Shown here in pieces: positions 42,801-53,070 of a stretch of 64,000 nt of DNA. This DNA is from Epithemia pelagica (Eukaryota > Protista > Bacillariophyta). Below the pieces are notes generated by a model. The model had not been told where the DNA came from and made no database searches. It saw nothing but the letters and a program-made list of their open reading frames with translations. The DNA is taken from the NCBI GenBank assembly GCA_946965045.2, contig OX337238.1:2728001-2792000 (forward strand), written 5' to 3'. Within the stretch, counting starts at the first letter, position 1; every line of letters begins with the position of its first letter. Position numbers and translations under genes: made by a program.

Positions 42801-45097
42801 CTAAAACGCAGTCATGAGAATGATTACTGTGAATCGAAGTGCTTGCTGTTGTTCCTGAGAACTATATGCGTTAACAAACATGCTGGGAGAAATGCAGATC
42901 ACGTTGTGTAACATAAACGAACGACAGCAACTAGAAGTCACCTTAAGCAGGTAATCACTTGTTGTTGTTGGTACGATCTTTTGTAGCACAAGGAACGATC
43001 CATGTGGGCTGGTCATAGCACAAGCGGAAGAAAAAACAGTCGGTCTGCTCTTGGGTAGAACATCCTCTAAAATGGTCCACAATTCGTAAAACAGGCACTG
43101 GCAATCTGTCACATAGAATCCATGCCCCAATTGGTGTTTGATCCAATGAAGAATCGTGATATGGCAAAAGTCGTACCATGCGTAGTCCTTCATATCATTG
43201 GGTTCATGTTCTGTACTTTGTACTCGTCCTCACGGCGGATGCAATTATGGGAGAGACAATGTGGTTGGTGTTTTGACAGAGTTGATCGACACGGCGTGTC
43301 TGTTGCAAAATCTCCTCGTGAAATCACGATTCCAAAGAATGGGGCTCCGAAACGTCGTCCTGGAGAGAATCCTTGTCGTGTTGTTGTTGGAGTGAAACTG
43401 TCGATTCAGCATTGCTCATAATTGGAGTATCTGGAAGCGGAGTTTTCTTCCATAATGACTGCAACCACCATTTGCCAAAACTCGCCGCACTTTGGTCCTT
43501 CACCACGACCTTTGCGACATCTTGTTCCAGATCCACGTCCCAGGAGGTGGAGTGTGTCATGTCTCCGGCATCCGACGACGACAAGACGAGGGATTCTTCT
43601 TCTTCATCAAAGACAATGCATTCTTCATCATCCTCTCCTTGTTCGATTGTGTTCTCGTTTGGGCGACAAGGGGACGAAACAGACATTGCGGGAGAAATGG
43701 GGATTCCAGACATTGGTCATCCACAAGAAGGGCCTTCCCACAAGATCACTATCATCGTGAGCTGCAGCATCCTTTCCACGATGACGACAAGTACGATGAT
43801 CACTCAACGGAGGATTCAACTTTGAATCGTCGTCCTTCTTGTGGATCCGGGCCGAAGACAACAACGGTACGTTCGTTTGCCATTGCATGCCTCGTACCAT
43901 CATCACCACTACTACAACTATCATGGCTGCTGCTGCTGCTGCAAGTCCACCGAATGGATTCAGGTGCCGCCAAGACCGATGATGACAAGGACGACAAGGA
44001 CGACAATGAGGAGGAATACGAAACCAATCGTTCATGGTTTCGAGTGATGAACGACGACAAGACCCTTGTACTGGTAGTACTGTTGGGAACAATCGTTGGT
44101 GTGACGTGATTGTCGTTGATGTTGTTTGGAGGGTCTTGCAGTTGAAGTGGTGGTGGTGGTCCAAGAGACCCACTGCCAACTGCACCATCTGGCCTAACGT
44201 GACTCAGCTCATGGTCCAGATGGTTGTTGTCATGTTTCTTCTTCCTGTGTTGGGTGATGGTGTCGTGAACCAATGTTTGCTTCGTTTTTCGGTAGGAGTT
44301 CTTCTTCTTCTAGTGGTTGTCCGTTCGGGTGGAGATGGGTGTGAAATTGAGGAGAATGCTTTGCCGTTTGCTTGCTTCTTTGTTGTTGTGTACTACGACT
44401 TTGTATGGTTCATGATGGTCCTCTCTCTCTCCTCGTCGTCCTCCTTTGTCTTGTTACCAATGAGGAATGAGGATGCGTGGTATAGCGTGCGTGTGTTGTC
44501 TTGGAAGTTGGGGACGGAGAACCCTTTTCCTGTTACAGTCCGTACAACAGTCGTACACTCCTTCATATGTGATAGCCCCAGACTCAAAGGACTTCACCCA
44601 GTCTTGAAGGCTGTTGTACTGGATCGCTCGGCGTGATTTTTGGTCGGAAATGGTGGTGGTGGTGGTCCTTTTTCGGAAGGAAGCAGCTGGTGGTACTCGA
44701 TCGAACCGTTCTCACATCGCCTGTGTCGTCGTAGGTGCCTGCTTCCTTTTCGGAAAGGTTGCTGACCTTGTCGAAAGGGTTATAAATTATTTGTGTTTGA
44801 ATCGACATTCTGAGAGCGACAGTGAACGAGGGGATGACTTTGGGCGCCTCCCTTTCTGTGGGTCTTACTGGTCATGCTCTTGTGCTGATTCGAGCGATTC
44901 TTCCAGAGTCCCAACCACACACGGACCACAACATCTACCCACAGACGGACAGTCCAAACGTTTGCCTTTTCTTGGATTCGATCCAGCCGCTGTAAAGTGC
45001 TCTTCTCTTTGCTTTGTTTTGTCTTTTTTGTTGTTGTTTGGGGATATCGTTAATTGTTACTACGACTTTCTTGTTCTTTCCGGAACCACAATGTCAT
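42801..45097 (-). pseudogene. X4: beta-type X copy, fragmented
   Basis: YAWYDFCHITILHWIK, EECIVFD, STSWDVDLEQDVAKVV and MTNVWNPH are in several frames. The 5' module is shared with X3. Confidence 0.75.
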
Positions 45098-45159
45098 GAT
45101 GGTCTCTCTTTTGTCTTCCTCGTCTCTCGTCGTTTCGCCGAGAGTCCTTTTACAGTTCG

Positions 45160-45595
45160 CGTCACAGTCCTACACCCTACACTGAGTTCTCTACTAACTC
45201 CATACCAGACTGTGTAGGTAGTTCGTCTCACATTTCTATACTACAGTAGGAATTTTTTGTACAACCGGGAAATAGTTTCGTGCGAGTCGCGCGGTTTCCC
45301 CCTCGTGTGTGACACTTGTGCGACACTTGTGCGACACTTTGTGACATGGCTTCCAGGATTTCTCACTACCTACACAGCTTGATAGGGAGTAAGTTTACTA
45401 CTGCCCTGTGTCTGGCCGTCCTCTCGCGTCAGGCGCGCCCGGCTTGTCGGGAGAATGACTCGACGGGCAATTGTCTTGTCGGGCGTGCGCCCTCCTCGAC
45501 CATTGCCCTCCTTGTCATTCTACCCTCCGCGCCGGGCGGTCCCTCCTTGAAAGGACTCGACACCGGGAAGTATTAATACTACTTATCTGATTGGA
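45160..45595. other. ~430-bp insertion in the X4-K7 spacer: 13-bp inverted repeat pair, short tandem repeat, ~100-nt rod-like hairpin and 12-bp palindrome
   Basis: Absent from the homologous spacers at ~35420-35480 and ~39985-40040. CTGTGTAGGTAGT (45210-45222) is inverted at 45365-45377. (GACACTTGTGC) occurs about 2.5 times at ~45311. Nested stems span 45437-45537. AGTATTAATACT lies at ~45569. Confidence 0.65.
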
Positions 45596-46148
45596 AGGCA
45601 TCCGAGTCCCGAGTCCGAATTACTTTCGCGACTATACTCGAACTTCCGATTCCGATCCCGTCTCAGACGCCCGCGACTCCACATAAAAAAGGAATCCCCG
45701 TCCGTCCGAGTCACGGATGTCACGGGCCAACAAAAAAAAGATCCTATCACCATGACGACCTACGGACAAAACGACGGCCCACACACATTCGCACACGTTT
45801 CCAGTGTGTTTGTTGTGTCAAGAATGATGATGATGATCGAGTGATGGCGGAAATCCTCCAGACACACTCACTCACTCCGATGAACAGCACTCTCCAAACG
45901 GCATGACGGATGATTTGCGCAGAGAATGGTTCCTTTTTTGGGAGGATGATGCCAGCCACGAAACTCTCATCCTGTCGTATTAGTCCCCAGAACAACCACT
46001 ACAACCACTAGGACGACACTGCTGCTGCCAAGCGGCGAATGAGCCACAACAAGCCAGCAAAAGCACTCTATATACCAACACCAACCCGAACACCAACACG
46101 AAAATGACGCTGTTTTTTTGGAACGAGGCGCGTGCTACTGGAATGGCG

Positions 46149-46151
<3 letters not shown>

Positions 46152-46189
<38 letters not shown>
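46152..46189. repeat. (TC)19 microsatellite
   Basis: Perfect dinucleotide run. Confidence 0.95.
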
Positions 46190-46192
<3 letters not shown>

Positions 46193-47338
46193 CCACAGGA
46201 GTGCCAATGACGAGAAGAATCGATTGCCGAGCATAGAGAGTCTCTTCTTCTTCTCCTTTTCATCCTCCGACGACAAGGTCCGTGGTGGTCTATGTTAAAG
46301 ATCGTTGGCAAAAACACACAGACAGACAGGAATGGGGGAGCTGGTGGAGCATTCGACGGGATGCCGCCGTCCTCGTTGCCGAATTTCGCGGGTCCTTTTT
46401 GGGCCACTATATAATACATGAGGATGATACCCAGCCCGAAACGCCGCCATGGAGCTCTACACCAGTCATCCTCGAACCAAACCAAAATAAAACAAAACCA
46501 TGGAGCCGCATTCACAACCACCACAACCACAAGGACGAGGACTACACAATGCTGCTACAAACTGGAGCAAGAGACTAGCATTCTACCATAACCATTGGCA
46601 CTGTTTCGCAACTACTTGTTGAGTTGCGACACTGCTCGTGCCACACAGTGAGGAGAGAACGAGCGATGATGAGGCTAATGATTGAACCATGAGCTCACAA
46701 AGAGAGAGCCAAAGTCGCTGTCTCAACGTGGAAGCTCCTAGCATTTGTTGCATCTTTGCGTTTGCCAGTGTGGGACAACCGTGTGTGATCGATGATTGGA
46801 TTGGAACCTATGGATTTGGCCCATTTCGTTGCGCATGGAGGAGGATAGAGCGTTTGGCTGTGATGCTGATGTATTGTACAAACAGCCAGAAGGAATTTGA
46901 AAAGTGCCTCAAGACTGTAACGGACAAGTACTGCTAACTTACCAATATACAGTGGCAAAGGGGTTCCAGTGAGGCCACGCGTTCTTCTAAATGGTCAGTG
47001 TATTCGTGGAATCTCTGGATTTGTGCCGAAGCATCTATTTTCGTGGATGGTTTTGGACCCGTTCATCTGTCCAAGGTCATCCATCCGATGGCTCAAAGAA
47101 GGATGGTTTTGGACGTGTTCATCTGTCCAAGGCCATCCATCCGAGGATATACGACCATGATTCAAATCGCCGCGTAGAGGTGCGTCCGTCGTTGCTGCCG
47201 TCTTTGGTTCCTGCTTTGGTGTGAAAGGTCCAAAATATTCAGTCCATTTTGTTCGGAGTCCATTTTCGTATTTTTTTGAAGAGAAAGACGAAACTCTGAG
47301 GTCGATTCCTTGGTGTTGTCATAAAATCTGCAAGTACC

Positions 47339-48509
47339 ATGACGACTACACAGCAACAGCATGCAAACCAATCTGGGCTTGCCTTTCTCGACATTAATAA
47401 TAACAGTAACGAGCCACATTGGAATACCAGTGACTGGCCAACCCTTTTGGGTGGGTGGCGTCGGTGGCATGCATCGGCTGTGCTCGACCATCCCGACCAG
47501 GATAACACTGCACAGACGGTTGTAGTTTTGGGAGGGAAGAAACAAAATCAAGGCTTTACCAACTCAGTTCTGCTGATGAATCTGGCAGAAAAATCTAAGC
47601 AATGGCGCGAAGGACCGCCGTTGAACGACAACCGAGCCTATCATGCTGCGGTGATTTGTAACGGAGGAGTTTACGTTATCGGAGGACACAATGGAAGTTC
47701 ACGTTTGGATAGTATCGAACGGATTGATGTCGAAAATTTGTGTTCCGAATCCATGGAAAGCTCTACCAGCAACCAATGGAAGACCGTGACTTGTCGATTA
47801 TCTACGAGAAGAAATGAATGTTCGGCTGTTGCCGTCTTCGATCGCTATATTGTCGTGATCGGTGGATCCAATAGTGACTCTTTGTCGACGGTTGATATAA
47901 TCGATACAGCTGCGCCAAGCAACTACACTGTGATTGTGGGACCATCCATGACAGTTGCTCGTTGTGGTTGTGCAAGTGCTGTCATTGGTAATCGTATTTT
48001 GGTTGTTGGAGGCTGCAATGGGCACTCTGGAGAGGATCTCAAATCAGACAATGACCACAGCAGGTGCAGTGTTTCCATCCTCATGCCGTTGGACACGTCA
48101 TGACGAGCTCGAGCTTTCCATCCATCGGTGTTTTCATGCAATTGTAGCTGTAGGATCATGTCTGATTGTTATGGGAGGCTACTTTGGCGTGGACACTGCA
48201 GAAGTCTTGGATACTCGCCGAAACGCTGTGTGGACCTTTCCCCAATTATCAGGGCCGCGTTATATCTCCGATGCAGTGGTTCACTCGAGGGGAATTGCTG
48301 TGATTAGTGGAGATGACAATTCTTCTTGTGCGACACTATCGTTGTTTGACAAGAATTCGTGGTATTTTTGTCGACTCAGTGAGCAGCTGCCGAGTACAAT
48401 CTTTGGGACCAGAACAGACTCACTGCGATCTGCTCTGGAAGCTACTACAGTATTGAAGGAGTCTGGTGAGCGCCATAAGAAGAAGTTATCAACTGGGAAA
48501 ACTGAGTAG
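47339..48509 (+). pseudogene. Kelch copy K7, frameshifted by a ~38-nt deletion after 48047
   Basis: AAATCAG is joined directly to ACAATGACC; K2 has 38 nt between these points. The two halves appear as ORFs 47339..48103 and 47955..48509. Confidence 0.88.
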
Positions 48510-48614
48510 AAAGTGTTAATTGAGAAATACAGGTACTAGTAGTAAAACATAGTGATGCGAATGAGTTCTATAGGGTTGCTGTTTTCTGCACCGTCTTGTC
48601 CTCGTATTGGCGAA

Positions 48615-48835
48615 AAAAGTGGTAGTGGTGTATGGCCTGAAGCTGTCCTTGGCTTTTGTTGCAACGATAATCCGTTTTTGAACTCGGCCCCTATACATTG
48701 CATCGCAAAAATCACCACACCAATGGATACGAAATGCTCATCCTTTCCAACGCTGTGCTGCTGCTCAATTCGGTTTGCGCAAAGAAGCAATCGTAATACT
48801 TTCTGCGTTCATTATCACTGTCCGACAAAAATCCT
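48615..48835. repeat. Dispersed diverged repeat (copy 2), homologous to 11925-12150
   Basis: Same shared blocks as copy 1. Confidence 0.8.
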
Positions 48836-50287
48836 GAACACTTTTCTCAAGACTCATTGTTAAAGGTCCAATGCTGTTGTGTTTTCGCAGCTGCCGGCAT
48901 CAAGTCAGTGAGCAAAGAAACTGGTCTGCAGACAAGTATGGCATTCCTGGTCGCAAAGCAACCTTTCTTCTAGTATACGGGACGAGAAAGCGAACGAACC
49001 CGACCAAAGTTGACAGAAAGATGTTATCCACATGTCAAGGATCGGCTCGTTTGAGTCAAACTACTAGTGTTCGCAAAGGGAGGTTGGATATTCCAGAATG
49101 ACAACTGGCACCCGAATTGGCCATTGTGAATGCAACTGGCCCTTGTCGTGATGCAAGTCGTGAACAAACCGAGTTGCCCTGCGTGTGACATAGCATGCCT
49201 CCAGTTGTCGCCTTGATGAACTAGAGTTGGTGACCCCACTCTTCAACTCCATGTGACAAAAGATCGTCCTGGCAATTCGCATGGGACCAAGCCGAGAACC
49301 GTTGGTCTTTTTGAATCAAGGGGCCTTTCAGGCATGTCAATACGTGGAACGAGAGGTGAACCACACATCAGTGTTTGCAGGGGCGGGCAGTCGAGAACAA
49401 CACCAAGGCATCGTTCTCCCGAATTCGAGCAACCAGACAGAGTGTCCAAACACTTTTATGTGTTGACCTATTGACACGACGCCATCACCAACGCCACGAT
49501 AAGGTGTCATGGTCGAATCCCAGGGTCGAGAATGTACGCAAGAGACGAGACTGTTCGACTATACTTCTCTGTTCGTTTTGGTCTTCTTCCACTATACCAT
49601 CACAACGAGAGACCAACGAAATCAACAAACATAAGTGACTGGAATTCAGTGGTCATTGCGTTATTGTGTCGCCGCCTTTCGGCAGTCCTCTCATGGATGA
49701 ATCATTTTGTCTCTCTTCAAAGAAAAAGTGGCGTACGCGCCGACCGGCCCGCTTGCGCAACCTTGCCGACTGCCGACCGAAGATTCCCGTGAAAACTCGA
49801 AAGTTGTCTTGGAATCCGTGCGACTGATCATTCGTTCACGCGGGATTCAAACCGAAGCTTTTCAGTTTTTAGAAAAATCGAGACCAAACGACAGAAAGAA
49901 GAAGACTCTTGCTGTCAACTACAAGTCCATGTCATCGAGGCCTTTGATGCTTTGTTGTGATGGTCTTCCAGGTATTTGCCCTGAGGTATTTGTGCTGGTT
50001 GCATCTATATGGCTTTTTCTTTCGTGGATGGTTTTGGACCCGTTGATCTGTCCAAGGTCATCCAATGAAGAAGGACAATCGCCGCCGTGGAGGCGCGTCC
50101 GTCGTCGCTGCCGTCTTTGGTTCCTGCTTTGGTGTGAAAGGTCCAGAACAATCGGTCGATCCGTTGATTCCTCGTTTGGAGCAGCGTCGTTCGTCGTTCA
50201 ATACCGGCGGAAGCCATTATAATATTTTCTCCTTTAGAGAAGAAAGACGATCCATTCCTTGGTGTTCCTATAAGATCTACAACTACC

Positions 50288-51411
50288 ATGACGATGACAC
50301 TGCGACAGCAAGCACAGCAATCCGCGCTTTGCTTTGTGGACAGCAACAATAACAATGTTGCGCCTCATTGGAATAGGAATGATTGGCCTCCCCTTTTAGG
50401 TGGATGGCGTTGTTTGCATGCATCGGTTGTGCTTGACCATCCCGAACAGGATGACAATGCAAAGACGGTTGTAGTAATGGGAGGAAGACAATCTCAAGGC
50501 TACACCCACTCAGTTCTGCTGATTAATTTGGCAGATGAAAACAAACAATGGCGGGAAGGACCGCCGTTGAACATCCCGAGCCTATCATGCCGCGGTGCTT
50601 TGTAGCGGAGGAGTTTATGTGATTGGAGGATGGAACGGAAGCTCAACTTTCCTTTGATACTATTGAACGGATTGATGTTGACAATTTGTGTTCAGAATCA
50701 ATGGAAAGCTCTACCAGCAACCAATGGACAACCTTGAATTGTCGATCTAGGGCAAGAAATCAATGTGCGGCTGTTGCAGTGCAAAATCGCTTTATTGTTG
50801 TGATTGGTGGTTCTCTTTGCGCAAACGATTTGTCGTCGGTTGATATAATTGATACAGCTATCGCAAGCAACCACACTGTGATTTCGGGACCATCCATGAC
50901 AGTTCCTCGGTCTGGTTGTGCATGTGCTGTCATTGGTAATCGCATTTTTGTTGTTGGAGGCCTAAGATGTTGGACAGCTCTCGCCTCAGTAGAGTATTTG
51001 GAGATTCATGATGCTTCAGGCAATGAGACAATGAACACAGCAAGCGCAGTATTTCCATCCTCTTGCCGTTGGACACGTCATGACAAGCTCACTCTGTCCA
51101 TCCGACGCAGTTTTCATGCAGTTGTAGCTGTTGGATCATGTCTGATTGTTATGGGAGGTATGAGAGCTGGGACCACTGCGGAAGTCTTGGATACTTGTCG
51201 AAACACTGTGTGGACCCTTCCCCTATCAACATTGTGTCATTGTTCTTTCAGTGCTGTGGTTCACTTAAGAGGAATTGCACTGATTAGTGGAAGTTTAATT
51301 GCTTCTTGTGAGACACTGTCGTTGATTGACAAGAATACGTGGTGTTTTCGTCGACTCACTGAGCAGATGTCGAGTGCAATGTTTTCAAAACTCACTGTGA
51401 TCAGCACTTAA
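50288..51411 (+). pseudogene. Kelch copy K8, two frameshifts in blade 2 and an altered C-terminus
   Basis: Frame shifts at ~50572 (AACATCCCGAGCC) and ~50648. The remainder is ORF 50623..51411. Confidence 0.85.
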
Positions 51412-51514
51412 TACAGTAATGAAGGAGTCGAATGAGCGCAGAGCTGTCCAGTGAGAACCTATAAATTGTGCAAGTAGAACACGTTCATAAAAAAAAAGTA
51501 GAAGTCCATTGTGG

Positions 51515-52335
51515 CAGCAATTCAAACCTGATATGATGCTTTGTCTTGGTGGCGGGTCTTCAATGGATGCGGCCAAGCATATTCGTGCGATGTACGAACA
51601 TCCTAAATTGTCGCTGCAGGATGCAGTGGCCCGATTCCTGGAATTGCGACAGCGTACATGTCCTTTCCCGGTCCTGGGATCGAACTTCCACTGTTCTCGT
51701 ACCGTTTGACTCCCGACATCATTGCCATTATTGATTCTAATTTTTGCGAAAAGTTACCGCCAATCCTGATTGTCTACGCCGGTATCGATACCATTACGCA
51801 GGCTACCGAAACACTTGAGTCGGTGGCGGCCAATGATTTTACGCAGGATCATAGACTTCGAACACTTCAGCTCTGGACTGACAATTTAGTCGATTCCTTT
51901 GTTACGGGCAACGCCGACGCTCGCGAGGCTGCTCATCACGGAGCTACCTTGGCTGGTTTGGCCTTTAGTAACAGCTTTTTGGGCATTGCGCACAGCTTGG
52001 CACATAAGATGGGAGCTGTGTTTCATCTTCCACATGAATTAGCATGTGGTATTATGTTGCCTCACGTGATTCAATTCAGCAGTTCGTTGACACCCACCCG
52101 CATGGGAGTCTTTCCAGGTTATGATTATCCAAAAGTACTGGAACAGTATGCGACCATTGCTCGCCACTTAGGACTACTCCAGCAGGACGGCAAACCGCAT
52201 ACCAATACGGAACTCATGGAAGCGTACATTGCCAAATTATATGACATGTATGATGCAATGAGTGTTCCCAAAACCTTTTTGGAAGCTTGATGTTCGGAAG
52301 AAGTGTTCTTGGATCAACTTGACGATATTGCACTA
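51515..52335 (+). pseudogene. adhE: adhE ADH-domain fragment with internal deletions and a stop codon
   Basis: Close match to 23647-24555. The segment from GGGATC to AACTTCCACTG (KKVVCIPTTSGTASEVTPF region) is deleted, there is a TGA at ~52288, and the 3' end is deleted. Confidence 0.9.
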
Positions 52336-52409
52336 CAATAAGAACCCTTTTTTTGACTAAGAACTTGGACAAAAAGTTTAGGATTGCGAAGAATGCATCG
52401 TGCTGATAG

Positions 52410-52775
52410 TCATAGGAGGAACAAGCCATAACGACGTTGTAGTCGCTCCAACTCCTGAGCAAGTTCTTGACGTTGCTCCTGGAGAGCCGAAAGATTCTGA
52501 AGCCTGTCTCGGAGGACAATTCGTTGTTCACGGAGTTGCTTCTTGGTTTTACGCATCGATTCCTTATCCTGCTTGGATCCAATACCAGAGTTGAGAAGAA
52601 AGTTAAGGTTATTGATTTCCTCTTGAACCATTTTAAGCTTCTTGGACGTCTTGTGTAACGCTGTAATTTGATTCTCCAAGACTTCCATCTGTTCTTGAAT
52701 ATCTTGGACGATTCCGAGAGTGACGTCTTCATCAAGGAGAAGAGTAGCGCTGTTGTTGGAGCGAGTAGAGAGCAT
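52410..52775 (-). CDS. Small coiled-coil protein Y2 (121 aa)
   Basis: Intact copy of Y1 with three residue changes (P>S, D>E, H>Y). Confidence 0.7.
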   Translation of the reverse strand: MLSTRSNNSATLLLDEDVTLGIVQDIQEQMEVLENQITALHKTSKKLKMVQEEINNLNFLLNSGIGSKQDKESMRKTKKQLREQRIVLRDRLQNLSALQEQRQELAQELERLQRRYGLFLL

Positions 52776-53070
52776 GTTTATCGGGTTTGTTGGTTGAAGC
52801 TGGATGCTGTAGAAAGGTTTGGGTTTCTTGTTTTGTGACTACAGATTCAAACCGGAATGAAGAAAGGCGAATCGTGGTTCCGAATGCGAATCACGACTGG
52901 AACTGGTGGTGGGGAAGTGGGGCTCTGTTTGTAACTGGTCAGCGTAGATTTCGTCTGTCCCGTAGCCGTCCGAGATTTGGTCTTCCGCGACCACCAGATC
53001 GCGGGCCCCGTCCGTAGGACGTTGCCTCTAAGGATAAGATCAGTCACCTAGCTAGAGTATAGTTCCTAGC

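Noticed and set aside
48870-49300. Possible protein-kinase relic on the minus strand (…VVILEYPTSL)
   Set aside because: No HRD, DFG or APE motifs were found and there are multiple stops; the resemblance may be chance.
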